DNA of 64,000 nt from Planctomycetota bacterium (GCA_039821165.1 JBCBOT010000001.1:30099-94098), one strand, 5' to 3'; numbered from the stretch's first letter, positions 9,506 through 19,980 are shown. Notes: a model not told the origin generated them from the sequence alone. Numbers and translations: made by a program.

Positions 9506-12189
9506 TGTCTCCCATCGAGCACTTTGAATGGCAACTGCTTAGCCAACGTCTCTTGCTGACGCTGATCCACTTTGCATGGCAAGCCGCGCTGGCGACATGC
9601 GTTCTCGCCGTCGCATTGCGGCTGGTTCGAAACGATCAACCGCAGATACGCTACGCGGTTTCCTCGGGGGTTTTGTTTCTGCTACCACTCGTCGCGCTGC
9701 TCACGTTCTGTAAGACCCTTCCCCAGACAACCGGGTTCCTTCCCGCCGGTCCGATTGCGAATCGCGAAAGAACGATCGCGCCGAGCGCGATCATCGATGG
9801 GACGGGCCCCGCCCCGGTGTCCACAATGAGTTCGCAGGCCGGCGACGAACCAACCGCCTCAGAGTTCGACGTAGCGGCATCGAGTCCTCGAGTACCTGGC
9901 GTCACGCACCAACGAGACTTTGATCTTAACCCTTTCGGGTTGAATCAATTTGCACCTTGGATTTCGGTGCTCTATTCGCTTGGGGTTCTATGGATGTTGG
10001 TTCGAACGGCTGTCGGAGTCGGCGCGGGGTGGCGACTGTACCGACGGGCGGTGCCGATCACATCCGGACCGCTCGCAGAATTGATCACCGAGCTTTCCCA
10101 CCAGTTCGGACTTCGACGTGTACCGTGCATCGCGGAATCCGATTTGCTTTTAGCACCGGCCGTGATCGGTCTGCTTCGACCAACCGTCGTGCTGCCCTGT
10201 TCGTTGCTGACTGGTCTGACGCCGACCGAAATCTCGGCGGTCTTGAGTCATGAACTTGCCCACATTCGTCGCTACGATGTTTTTGTGGGGATAGGTCAAA
10301 GGGTGTTGGAATCGATTTTCTTTTTCCATCCGGGCGTGTGGTGGATCAGCAAGCAGGTAAGTCGCGAACGGGAACATTGCTGCGATGATGCGGCCATTCG
10401 AAGTGGCCATGCGACGACGGGTTATGTCGAGACACTTTTGCGGGCCGCGGAATTGTGTTTGGCGAAAAACAATCCTCAAGCAAACAGCCCCATGGTTGCC
10501 GCCAGCTTCTTTGGGAGGAATCGAACAGAGCTGTCTCGGCGCGTCGAGCGTTTGCTCGCGGGGAACGGCTCGCGGCAGTTGGCGTTACCACGTGTACTCG
10601 CGATCGCGATGGTGGTGACCCTGTTTGGTGCCTTCGCGTGCCTCGGCGCTGTTGGCCAAGGAAGTACACCGACTGAGAACGAAAACGAGGTTCGAGTCTC
10701 GTCCGAGAGTGACGACGTGATCGGACGAGCCGGCGTCGCCAAAGACTCCGCCAAGGCCAAGCCTGATTTGAACCTTTCACAATTCGAGGCCTATCGACGG
10801 CATCTCGTGAATGCGAGAACGACCAAGCGGGATGTTCTCTTGAAGTACTTTGGAGGAACGAAAGAGACGGAGCTCGCTGTTGCCGACGGCTTGCGGTGGA
10901 TTCTGCGTCAACAGCGAGACAACGGTTCGTGGACTTGCAGGCCTGGACATGTCGGTGGCAAGAACACCGGTAGCGAAGATCAAATGGCCGTTGCCGGAAC
11001 CGCGTTGGCGCTGCTGGCTTTGAGTGGAAGTGGCAGTACACACCAAGCAGGAGACCATCAGGCCGCGATCAAACGCGGAACGGCATTCCTTATGAAACAG
11101 CAACTGCCCGACGGAAGGTTCCGAGGGCAACAAATGTATGTCCACGCCATCGCGACCTATGCCGTCGCTGACCTCTACGCATTGACCGGAGACGACGCGA
11201 TTCGCGTGAGCCTGGAGAAGGCCGTTGCTTACTCGGTACAGGCACAGGACCCCGTTGGTGGCGGATGGCGATACGCGCCACGCCAAGCAGGCGATCTCTC
11301 GATGACATCGTGGTTTGTCGCAGGCCTGACGACAGCTCGTGACGCCGGCATTTCGATCCCAAAACCGACCCTTGCGGCGGCGAAGCGATTCGTTCTTTCC
11401 ACCGAAACAGGAAACGGGTTCGCCTATTTACCGGGCTCTCAAGCCACGCCGAGCATGACCGGCGCGGGGATATTGTGTTTGCAGCACCTGTCCGGCATGT
11501 GGTCGATCCCCTCGAATCATCGGAAGGGCGAGACTCTGGTGAAGAGCGTTCATCTGCGAATACCGCAACCTGACTCTTACGAGTGGCTTCATGTGACGCA
11601 GGCATTGCGCAATCACGGTGGAGAGATGTGGGACCAATGGAACGAAGCATTGCGCGTCGAGATCCCCCGTCTACAACTCAAGGATGGGCCGGAGGCCGGT
11701 AGTTGGCGTCACCAAGATTCGAAATATGGAAGTTCGGCGGGGCCCTTGTACACGACCTGTTTCGCAGTTTTGACGCTGCAAAGCTACTATCGCGAGGGCG
11801 CGTTACCGATCGGAAAGACGCCACGAGACCAGCCAACCGGTCACAAGCCTCCACCGGGTTCGGTCGTGCAACTCTCGATCGACGGCGAAGTGGCGACAAT
11901 CAGAGCATCGCAAGAGATTCAGATGGGCTTCCTGCAATCAATCCTCGCGAAACTCGAAGACCAAGGAATCGAGGAACATCAAATCGGAGTCCTCCAACAT
12001 CAAGACGCACCAAAACACGAAGCCCAAGCGAAGCAGGAAGAAAAGCGGCAACGAATTGAACTGCGTTTTGGTGACGAGGCCGTCGAGATCCAAATGAGCA
12101 GGGCACTGCCGTACAAGTACGTGATGACTGTGTTGGCAGCACTGAAAGAAAATGGATTCGAATCACGGCTTCAGCTCAGCGCAGATTAG
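9505..12189 (+). CDS. M56 (BlaR1-like) metallopeptidase fused to a prenyltransferase/squalene-cyclase-like (alpha/alpha) domain and two ExbD-like C-terminal modules
   Basis: LIHFAWQ, HELAHIRR, EREHCCDD; QW-type motifs RQQRDNGSW, KQQLPDGRF, QAQDPVGGGWRY; C-terminal LPYKYVMTVLAALKENG. Confidence 0.85.
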   Translation: MSPIEHFEWQLLSQRLLLTLIHFAWQAALATCVLAVALRLVRNDQPQIRYAVSSGVLFLLPLVALLTFCKTLPQTTGFLPAGPIANRERTIAPSAIIDGTGPAPVSTMSSQAGDEPTASEFDVAASSPRVPGVTHQRDFDLNPFGLNQFAPWISVLYSLGVLWMLVRTAVGVGAGWRLYRRAVPITSGPLAELITELSHQFGLRRVPCIAESDLLLAPAVIGLLRPTVVLPCSLLTGLTPTEISAVLSHELAHIRRYDVFVGIGQRVLESIFFFHPGVWWISKQVSREREHCCDDAAIRSGHATTGYVETLLRAAELCLAKNNPQANSPMVAASFFGRNRTELSRRVERLLAGNGSRQLALPRVLAIAMVVTLFGAFACLGAVGQGSTPTENENEVRVSSESDDVIGRAGVAKDSAKAKPDLNLSQFEAYRRHLVNARTTKRDVLLKYFGGTKETELAVADGLRWILRQQRDNGSWTCRPGHVGGKNTGSEDQMAVAGTALALLALSGSGSTHQAGDHQAAIKRGTAFLMKQQLPDGRFRGQQMYVHAIATYAVADLYALTGDDAIRVSLEKAVAYSVQAQDPVGGGWRYAPRQAGDLSMTSWFVAGLTTARDAGISIPKPTLAAAKRFVLSTETGNGFAYLPGSQATPSMTGAGILCLQHLSGMWSIPSNHRKGETLVKSVHLRIPQPDSYEWLHVTQALRNHGGEMWDQWNEALRVEIPRLQLKDGPEAGSWRHQDSKYGSSAGPLYTTCFAVLTLQSYYREGALPIGKTPRDQPTGHKPPPGSVVQLSIDGEVATIRASQEIQMGFLQSILAKLEDQGIEEHQIGVLQHQDAPKHEAQAKQEEKRQRIELRFGDEAVEIQMSRALPYKYVMTVLAALKENGFESRLQLSAD

Positions 12190-12270
12190 AGCGGAACACC
12201 TGGCTGGGCAGTCCTCCGCCGAATCACTAGCATGCAGTTCTAGGAATTGATTTTGAACTCATGCGATGGG

Positions 12271-12660
12271 ATGAAGATGACGCGGTTGTTCGCCGGAACG
12301 CCTTTTGATATCCCGCCTGAGTGTGACGATTGCGGAAAACCCGAGACGGATTGCGACTGCACCGCAGAACAAAAAGCGGCGGCGGAAGCGGCCCGTCAGC
12401 GGGAGGCCGATCGACTTCCCCCTGAGAAGCAGACCGCGCGAATCAGCGTTCAAAAGCGGAAGGGTGGCCGCAAAGCGACCGTGATTGAAGGCTTGACCGC
12501 GAAAGCCAACGACCTCCCGGAGTTACTCGGTCGACTGCAAACGGCCTGCGGTACCGGCGGGACAGCAAAGTCAAAGGAGGACCTGCTGGAATTACAGGGC
12601 GATCATGCGGAGCAAGTGAGACGGTCCCTCAAGGAGATGGGATTTCGAGTAAAGGGTTAG
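12271..12660 (+). CDS. yciH: Translation initiation factor SUI1/YciH
   Basis: RKGGRKATVIEGL...LQTACGTGGT...ELQGDH; N-terminal CxxC...CxC. Confidence 0.88.
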   Translation: MKMTRLFAGTPFDIPPECDDCGKPETDCDCTAEQKAAAEAARQREADRLPPEKQTARISVQKRKGGRKATVIEGLTAKANDLPELLGRLQTACGTGGTAKSKEDLLELQGDHAEQVRRSLKEMGFRVKG

Positions 12661-12776
12661 GGTGCGGCGGCACAGGGACATCGACACAGAAGAATCGATC
12701 AGGGCCAGGAGAGTGCGCCCTGATCGCCAGCAGGCGTTTCGCCCGCCTCAAGTTGATCTCCGCCTTGCGGCGTTTG

Positions 12777-13994
12777 TCACGCGAGAATCGATAGCGGCTT
12801 GAACTTGCCACCGAGGACGGTTTCGCTTTCGCAACCGAGCCAGTTTTCGAGGAGCGAGGCATAAACGGCTCGGAAGTCGGTGTGGAATCGAAGGTCGCCT
12901 TGATCCAGGTCGGTAAGACTCGGATGCTTGCCGATTAACCCCGACTGAACCGCATTGCCCGCCAAGAAAATCGGCCCCGCGGTTCCGTGGTCGGTCCCGT
13001 CGCTTGCGTTCTCCGCGACACGACGACCGAATTCGCTGAAGCACATCACCATCACACGATCACCGTGACCTTGTTGGTTGAGGTCCGTGATCAGGCTCGT
13101 GACCGAGTCGCTGACTTGTCGAAGCAGCGCTGCGTGAGCGTCGGGTTGGTTGGCGTGGGTATCGAATCCGTCGATCCGCACGTAGTAGATGGTCGACTGG
13201 ATACCGCCCGCAATCAGCTTGGCAACGGTGCCGAGCTTCTGGCCCAGACCGGTGGTGGGAAACTTCTTGGCTGGCTTGTACTTCATGCCTGCTGATTCGA
13301 GTCGATCGCTGGCTTCGACGGCGGACGTGGTGCTTTGTTGGACGAAGCCGAGCAGATCATTGGCGGCGGAACTTTGCGTCGCCGCGACCGTGCCGATGGC
13401 CTGCCGCAAGTCCAGACTGCCATTGTCCATCAACCGGAACTCATCGAGTGATTGAATGGATGGCACTCGGATGTCACGCGAAGTCAGCGCGAAGGGCTGC
13501 TTGTCGGCGCCCAGGTGCAGCGCGGCGGGGTCGCCCGAAGAGAGACCACCATTGACTTCGAGGTACCTGCCGATCCAGCCGTCGTTGCGGGTCTGGCTCT
13601 TGCGCAAGCAGGAGTGCCAGATGTCCATCGACTCAAAGTGTGAACGATTCGGGTTTTCGTATCCAACGCCTTGAATCACACCGAAACGATTCTGCTCAAG
13701 CAGTTCGGCGAATCCGGTCATGGCAGGATGCAGACCGATCTCGTCATCGATGGGAAGGCACGCGGCCTTGCTGATGGCAAGCGTCGGCCGTGCTTTTTTG
13801 TAGGCGGGGTCCGAGTGGGGGATCACCGAATTGAGGCCGTCATTGCCGCCGGCCATTTCGACGACGACAAGAATGCGGTCGTTGTCACCGCCCGCCGCGG
13901 CCGCGCGACAGAGTACCTGGGGCGCCGCTGCACCGAATGCCATCACGCCGGAAAGTTGCGTCAGGAATTGACGACGTTTGTATTGCTGGATCAT
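12777..13994 (-). CDS. DUF1501 protein (DUF1800-associated type)
   Basis: Tat-like KRRQFL, GGNDGLN, SHFESMDIW, GFDTHANQ, FSEFGRR, GTDHG. Confidence 0.92.
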   Translation of the reverse strand: MIQQYKRRQFLTQLSGVMAFGAAAPQVLCRAAAAGGDNDRILVVVEMAGGNDGLNSVIPHSDPAYKKARPTLAISKAACLPIDDEIGLHPAMTGFAELLEQNRFGVIQGVGYENPNRSHFESMDIWHSCLRKSQTRNDGWIGRYLEVNGGLSSGDPAALHLGADKQPFALTSRDIRVPSIQSLDEFRLMDNGSLDLRQAIGTVAATQSSAANDLLGFVQQSTTSAVEASDRLESAGMKYKPAKKFPTTGLGQKLGTVAKLIAGGIQSTIYYVRIDGFDTHANQPDAHAALLRQVSDSVTSLITDLNQQGHGDRVMVMCFSEFGRRVAENASDGTDHGTAGPIFLAGNAVQSGLIGKHPSLTDLDQGDLRFHTDFRAVYASLLENWLGCESETVLGGKFKPLSILA

Positions 13995-15346
13995 GCCAAT
14001 TGGAACTCCGGTAACGAGCAGAGAACGTGCAGGGCGTCTTTGAGACTTCTGTTTCGGTTTGCGCCTATTGAATCAAGCGATGCGACTTGTTGTTTCGCGG
14101 CTGGAGAAATCGGAACGGCGAAAAGCAACGGCTCGACCCAATCCACCAGCTGTTCGGTCGTCTTGATGTCGTGGCTTTCGAGATATTCGTCAAGCGTCGT
14201 GCGGGCAAATCGCGTCTTGTCACTATCAAGCACTTGTCGGATCAGATTCGCACGTCCCAACAAGGTCGACGAATTGATCCAAGTACGACCACCGTCCCAA
14301 CCTTTGACGCTCGGCGGATAGTACAACCCGAGTCCAAGCTTTCGGCAGCCGTCCGCGATCTCGTAGTTGTTGGTCGAACCATCCAGTGCGCGCAGCAAGC
14401 CGACCGCGACGTCGACGGGCGACTTGATTTTTCGCGCACGGGCGTGCGTGAAGAACAGGTTGCTGGAAAGAATGCGTTTGAGCGTCGGCGCGAGCTGCAA
14501 TTCGTTTTCGCGCAGTTCCGACGCGAGCGGTTCGATCAGCGCATCCGATGGAGCAGGCTCGTCGGCGACGAAATAGCGAATCAACTTGGAAACAATGAAA
14601 CGCGGCGCGGCGTCTTGTGCGAGCACGATTTCGACACCTTGCTCACCACTGAACTCGCCGGACTGATCGAGAAACGATTTTTCACCGAAATCGTGTTGGT
14701 AACGATTGAAGCGAAATTTGTTTCGTTTGATTTCCCAACCGGTGAAGCAGCGGGCGAGTTCACGAATGTCGGTTTCGGTGTAATTGCCTTCGCCGAGACA
14801 GAACAGCTCCATGATTTCACGGGCGTAGTTTTCATTCGGATGGGCTTTTCGATTTGTCGCCGAGTCCAAATAAATCAGCATCGCGGCATCTCGAGAAATG
14901 CCTTGCACGAGTGCATTGAAGTCACCGAGTGCGTGTTGCCGGAGTAGATCGTTTTGCCGCTGCATCAAATCGGCTTCTTCGACTTTTTCCGCACTGGTGG
15001 CGAAGTGCCCGTGCCAGAACAGCGTCGTTTTTTCGAGCAGCGGCGCGGGTGTCGAGAGCATGCGGTAAACCCATTGTGCCGCCAGCTGCGACACGCTTCC
15101 GCTGGCCAGCCCCGCGCGAATCAAAGCATCAAGTTGCTTGCGGTAGGCGGTCGGCTCCGTCGCGTGAACCAACTCTTCGACGACTTCGGACGGTGAGCGC
15201 TCCGTCGCCCGATCAAGGACGTCGCGACTGGCACCAAACCCGGCACGACGGTACAGGTGCGCCACCGCGGAGAGATCCCAAGGATTTTCATCGTTGGGCT
15301 CGAAGGGTTGCCAAGCCCAAGACGGATCAATCATTTCAAGATTCAT
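13991..15346 (-). CDS. DUF1800 protein
   Basis: HLYRRAGFG, TLFWHGHFATS, PNENYAREIMELFCLG, PPSVKGWDGG. Confidence 0.92.
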   Translation of the reverse strand: MNLEMIDPSWAWQPFEPNDENPWDLSAVAHLYRRAGFGASRDVLDRATERSPSEVVEELVHATEPTAYRKQLDALIRAGLASGSVSQLAAQWVYRMLSTPAPLLEKTTLFWHGHFATSAEKVEEADLMQRQNDLLRQHALGDFNALVQGISRDAAMLIYLDSATNRKAHPNENYAREIMELFCLGEGNYTETDIRELARCFTGWEIKRNKFRFNRYQHDFGEKSFLDQSGEFSGEQGVEIVLAQDAAPRFIVSKLIRYFVADEPAPSDALIEPLASELRENELQLAPTLKRILSSNLFFTHARARKIKSPVDVAVGLLRALDGSTNNYEIADGCRKLGLGLYYPPSVKGWDGGRTWINSSTLLGRANLIRQVLDSDKTRFARTTLDEYLESHDIKTTEQLVDWVEPLLFAVPISPAAKQQVASLDSIGANRNRSLKDALHVLCSLPEFQLA

Positions 15347-15353
15347 GACGGGC

Positions 15354-17060
15354 CTACTGTTGGACGCGAAGCTGCAGCGAAAGCTTGAGGTGATCGTCGA
15401 CGTCCCTTAGACGCAGCGAGAGATCTTGGAAGAAACCGACGATGTCGAGTAACAGATCAATCGCCGCCTCCGCTTCCTCGCGATCATTACCCTCTTCGAG
15501 CATGTTGTTTGCGATCAGTTGCTCACGATTGTCGCTCAGGATATCGCGGAGCGTTTCGGCGTTCAGATTCGACCACGTGTTGTCCGATGAACCCTGGTCG
15601 GATTCTTTAGCGAGCGTCAGCGTTTTCGCCAGTCCGATTTCGCTGGACAGAATGAAACGGTCTCCGGCGAAACCCACGGTCGGCGAAAAGTTGAATTGAA
15701 CGGGGGCCTCCGTCGACTCTTCCTGGCCTTCTTCGGCGACATAACTAGCCGTAACGACTTCGGCACCCGCATCGAGCTTTTCGATGTCCAGTTCGAGTTG
15801 ATTGAGCCCATTCATCGCGCCGACAACATTGAAAAATCCAACGGTGCTTTGAAAGGTGCGTCTCAGTTCGCGGCGCATTTTTTCGGGATCACGTAGTTCC
15901 GCAATGATCGCGAACGAAGGCAACTTGAGCGCCGGGATGGGGTTGCGTCCTGAAAAGTCTTGGCGGGTCGCGATGAAGGCGACTTCGGGTGAAAGCGAAC
16001 CGAGAATCTCTTCGCCGAAGTCGCGTCCCGCAAAAATGGTTGTCAGCCCCGCATCCGCCTGAGCGAATTGGTCGTTGGTTTCGGGACCGAATAGATCGCC
16101 GGCGCGCAGCCACATTTCTGAAAGGTCGCGGTACGTACTCAGGGTGAAGAGTGTTTGGTCCGGAGCGGTGATTGCGGGCGCGCGTCCGTTGCCTTCCGGA
16201 CCAAAGTAGTATTCGCGTTCCTCGGGGATCCAGTCGGCTTCGTGTGGCGTCGCAAGCTCAACCGAAACCGTTTGCTTGTCGGCCAAAACGGTTGCCGTTG
16301 CGTACTGCGTGTGCTGGAGGTTGCTTTGAATGCCTCCGAGCAATGCTTCGGCCACGGGGTTGTCGATCTGCTGTTCGTAGATCTCTTGCGCTTCGCCAGA
16401 GCTTCGAATCGCGTCCACGTTCGCATAGGCCCAAAGCGTTGCGTCGCCATCTTTGGTCGCGATGGCCTCTTGAAAACCTTCGCTGTCAGCCAGAGATCCA
16501 CCGCCATCGAGCATGCGGTCGATGACCGCTTTGCCGAGATCGCTGCTGTTGGTCAGCAACATTCGGTCTTCATAAACCGCAAGCCGAAGGTCGTTGGCAC
16601 GATGAGCTTCGATCCCGCGGTATTCGACGTTTGCAACGGGAGCACCTTCGTTGGCGAGGGCGATGATGGCGAGTGCCTTGTCGCGAAGTTCACGCATGGT
16701 TTTGGCATCTTTGCCGCGAACGACAGCCGCGAAGCTCTCCGATTCCGCGTCGAACCCGACGGAAGCTCCTTGGGCGAGAAATGTCTCGATGGCTTCACGA
16801 ATCGGCATGCCGATCATGCCTTCGGCCATCGAACGCCCCTGCTCGAATTGGCGGAACTGGGCAGATTCGGTGAACTGTTGGTACGCCGGCAAAGCTTCGA
16901 TACGAGCGCGAAGTGGATGTTCGTAGAGCGTGTCGGCCAGCTCTTTGGCGTGCGACAGTTCCGCGTAAATCACGGTGGACGGCGGAAAAAGACCGGCGTC
17001 ACCGGCGACGCAAGGAGCGATCGGAGTGAGGCAAAGCAGCCCCAGCAGAATTCGTTTCAT
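15354..17060 (-). CDS. Secreted hypothetical protein (DUF3352-like)
   Basis: Signal peptide from MKRILL (17060); long clean ORF heading the DUF1800/DUF1501 unit. Confidence 0.7.
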   Translation of the reverse strand: MKRILLGLLCLTPIAPCVAGDAGLFPPSTVIYAELSHAKELADTLYEHPLRARIEALPAYQQFTESAQFRQFEQGRSMAEGMIGMPIREAIETFLAQGASVGFDAESESFAAVVRGKDAKTMRELRDKALAIIALANEGAPVANVEYRGIEAHRANDLRLAVYEDRMLLTNSSDLGKAVIDRMLDGGGSLADSEGFQEAIATKDGDATLWAYANVDAIRSSGEAQEIYEQQIDNPVAEALLGGIQSNLQHTQYATATVLADKQTVSVELATPHEADWIPEEREYYFGPEGNGRAPAITAPDQTLFTLSTYRDLSEMWLRAGDLFGPETNDQFAQADAGLTTIFAGRDFGEEILGSLSPEVAFIATRQDFSGRNPIPALKLPSFAIIAELRDPEKMRRELRRTFQSTVGFFNVVGAMNGLNQLELDIEKLDAGAEVVTASYVAEEGQEESTEAPVQFNFSPTVGFAGDRFILSSEIGLAKTLTLAKESDQGSSDNTWSNLNAETLRDILSDNREQLIANNMLEEGNDREEAEAAIDLLLDIVGFFQDLSLRLRDVDDHLKLSLQLRVQQ

Positions 17061-17309
17061 GGCAGGCAGATCACGCTGAGAACGGACGTGGAGTGTGATG
17101 GTAACCCGTTGGTAGAGACTGGTACCCGGCTCGGGCACGATTCGATTCAAGAAACCGACTCTTGGTGAGACGATTGTTCAAAATTTGGTTTTTCAGCAAG
17201 GGAATTGCTCTTCGGCGGTTGAGACAGCCCTTGTGGATTTCGCGGAGTGGGTAATTAAACTGCCCAACGGTGGGTCCCCTGCCGTTCGACCCTTCTTTTT
17301 TGGTGCTTG

Positions 17310-19244
17310 ATGAGCGATTCCGATCAGTCGCGGGACGACGAAAACGGGAACGCCCCGCCGGCCGCGAGTGCGCGATGGTCCATCCCGATCGAGGTGACCG
17401 TTCGCGTGGGCAACTCGGCGGCGACAAACGATATCGCACAACAGGGGCCCGTTGAGAACGCCGCCCGACCGCTGCCTACGCATTCTCCGCCCACGCAACT
17501 TCCGCCCGCGCAAGCACCGTCCGAGGGCGTACACCCAAGCGTTGCATCGACCCGCACGCCGTCAACACAGCGGGCTCCCGCGGCAGTCCCAGCGACCACC
17601 GATGCGACGCAACAAGTGAACGCAACCCACGGCCCCGATGGCCAAGCCGCTCTTTCGGAGGTCGGTTTGACGGGTCCTTCCAGTCTGGCGGACGAACCTC
17701 GGAGTCTGAGACCATCGAGACGTAAGACCCGCTGGAATGTTGCCCAACTCGTCACGCAAGCGATTTGGCCACACTGCGACGAGACCGCGCTCAGGGCGAC
17801 GGTCTGGTACGTCCAAGCAAGATTTCCGGGCGGCATCAAAGAAGGCTCGGCGGTGATGATTCGCATCGGCCATCAACGCCAGCCTCAAGCGCAGAATGTG
17901 CTGCTGACGTGCCGTCACGTGATCTACAACGAAGAAGACGAGACGCTCGCCGAGGAGATTCGCTGCTGGCCCAATGGATCGGGCTACAACCCGGACTCGG
18001 ATGATCGACGCCGGCGTTGGACGGCAAAACCGTTTCTTCTCCCATCGAACGCCGGCAGTTTCCTGTCCGAGGGCAGCAAGGATTGGGTGCTACTGAGCGT
18101 GCAGCGTGATGGCGATGACGTCGACCAGGAGGCTTACGCGCCGGGATTCGACCAGCCCCGCTGGACACGCATCCAGCCACTCAATCCCTACCGACTGATC
18201 GGTTTCCCGTTCGGGCGGCGGTTGATGAATCGCAATGTCGCCAATGCAGAAGTCTCACGCGACTTTCGGCTCTCCAGTACAGACCCTCGAACGGGAACGA
18301 TCGCAATCACGGCGGGCGAGAAGACCGGCGGAGGTTTTAGTGGCGGGCCCTATTTTGATCGTGACGGTCGCGTCGTCGCGATTCATCGTGGCCTTGATGG
18401 AACGATCGTGGGAATCCACCCGGCAGGCATTGAGAACGAACTCGAGAAGCATGACTGGTTGGTGACTCGCGTCCGGCCGCAACACCTGTGGGTTTGGGGC
18501 ATCCGAGTGATACTCATGCTGCTGCTCTGCACAGGCGTGTTTGCAAGTTGGCGAGCCGCCCAACCAGGAGAGCAAACGCTGCACGCGATCGAGGGCCTGA
18601 CGACCAAGCATTTCCTTGGGCCGTCCCGAGCCTACACAGTCATTTCACAGGACAAAGGAGAACATGCCTCCGGCAGAATATTCGAGTACCAAGCCGCGGC
18701 ACTCGGCGACATCGGCTCTGCGCTCACCGTCGAGGATCGACTCACGTATCGTCGACAGGTTCTGGGCTTTCCCTCACCAGAATCACCGCTCGAGGTCATC
18801 GTCCATCGACACCGAACGTTTGGAACAGTCGATGAGTTTTGCGACGAGTTTCTGAAGTTTGAAGAACCCGGGAAACAAGCGTGGATGAATGAGGCGACCC
18901 GACCAGTCTTCTCATTCGCATTCTCCACACCGGCTAAAGAGGCTAAGAGTAACGAACGGCGATTCAGTACAGAGATGAACTCGGAAGCGATCTGGGTCAT
19001 CTACGACAAGAATTCGGAGCTCAATATCGAAGCCAAATTCTCTTTGGGAAACGACTCACCATTAAAAAGTGGCCAACAAAAATTTGGTTTCAGTCAATCA
19101 ATGAGCTTGGACCGATTTGAATTGGTTGGCTACTCGTTTAGCCAACAAGGCCCACCAAACTTCAATGGGGGCCCCAGGGAAGGTCCCAAGATTTCTCTCG
19201 AATTCGAATCCGCCTCGAAACGTTACTCCATCAGTTCTCAGTGA
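17310..19244 (+). CDS. Membrane-anchored trypsin-like serine protease (low-complexity N-terminus, protease, TM, unknown C-terminal domain)
   Basis: Intact triad LLTCRHV / KDWVLL / GFSGGP; TM LWVWGIRVILMLLLCTGVFASW; no signal peptide. Confidence 0.75.
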   Translation: MSDSDQSRDDENGNAPPAASARWSIPIEVTVRVGNSAATNDIAQQGPVENAARPLPTHSPPTQLPPAQAPSEGVHPSVASTRTPSTQRAPAAVPATTDATQQVNATHGPDGQAALSEVGLTGPSSLADEPRSLRPSRRKTRWNVAQLVTQAIWPHCDETALRATVWYVQARFPGGIKEGSAVMIRIGHQRQPQAQNVLLTCRHVIYNEEDETLAEEIRCWPNGSGYNPDSDDRRRRWTAKPFLLPSNAGSFLSEGSKDWVLLSVQRDGDDVDQEAYAPGFDQPRWTRIQPLNPYRLIGFPFGRRLMNRNVANAEVSRDFRLSSTDPRTGTIAITAGEKTGGGFSGGPYFDRDGRVVAIHRGLDGTIVGIHPAGIENELEKHDWLVTRVRPQHLWVWGIRVILMLLLCTGVFASWRAAQPGEQTLHAIEGLTTKHFLGPSRAYTVISQDKGEHASGRIFEYQAAALGDIGSALTVEDRLTYRRQVLGFPSPESPLEVIVHRHRTFGTVDEFCDEFLKFEEPGKQAWMNEATRPVFSFAFSTPAKEAKSNERRFSTEMNSEAIWVIYDKNSELNIEAKFSLGNDSPLKSGQQKFGFSQSMSLDRFELVGYSFSQQGPPNFNGGPREGPKISLEFESASKRYSISSQ

Positions 19245-19737
19245 AGTAATCAACGAGAGCACGAGCCTGTTCTGGTGTCAGATTTTTCTCGTTGTTGTTC
19301 TGCAGAATGTTGAGGATCAAGTCGCGAATTTTTAGGTTGTTGGTGGAGCCAACGATTTGCTGATAGGTCGGCGCCGCCAACAAGGGCGCACCGTCCGTGT
19401 CACGGCCATAGGGAGTGTCATTTGTTACCCCCGCAAAGCCATCGGGAGACATCGTTGTCATCACCTGCAAACCGACAGCACCAAACGAACAAGGCGCACA
19501 AGCGCTAGCACACCCTGTGTTGACGGTCGGCACCTGGCTCGCACAGACGGGCGCGGGGGCGTACACGTGCGTGGGTGCCACCTTCATCGTTGGCGATGGA
19601 GCACAGGTCGTTGGACAAGCGACAGGTGTTGATTGGCAACACTTACGCTTGCCGAAACAGGCCGCTTCCGATTGCGACGATGTAAAGACGCCGCCGAGGA
19701 GCGTCACGAGTGTGATTGCGGTTCGGAGGGACATCAT
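19231..19737 (-). CDS. Small secreted Cys-rich hypothetical protein
   Basis: Signal peptide ending SEA, then CFGKRKCC...C...C...C...CxxxCxxC. Confidence 0.65.
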   Translation of the reverse strand: MMSLRTAITLVTLLGGVFTSSQSEAACFGKRKCCQSTPVACPTTCAPSPTMKVAPTHVYAPAPVCASQVPTVNTGCASACAPCSFGAVGLQVMTTMSPDGFAGVTNDTPYGRDTDGAPLLAAPTYQQIVGSTNNLKIRDLILNILQNNNEKNLTPEQARALVDYFTEN

Positions 19738-19925
19738 GAAACCCCAGGGTGCAGATCAAGATGGAATGAAAACAGAGGCATGGTCACTACAGGGGGTACT
19801 ATAGTGGCCGGCCGATACCGCCAATAGTAGCGACTAGGCAAAATAGGTTGCTTTGCGATATTTGCTCGCTTGGAGCCGGGACGTGGTCTTCCACTCGGCC
19901 TGGGACTTTGCCGCAGCTTGGTTTT

Positions 19926-19980
19926 CACCGGACGGCTCGCGCCGCTCCAATTTTAGCGGTAGGGCGCAAGCCCTCCGGTG
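19926..19980. repeat. REP-like imperfect palindrome, family B
   Basis: CACCGGACGGCTCGCGCCGCT...AGCGGTAGGGCGCAAGCCCTCCGGTG; related to units at 42275 and 62036. Confidence 0.7.
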
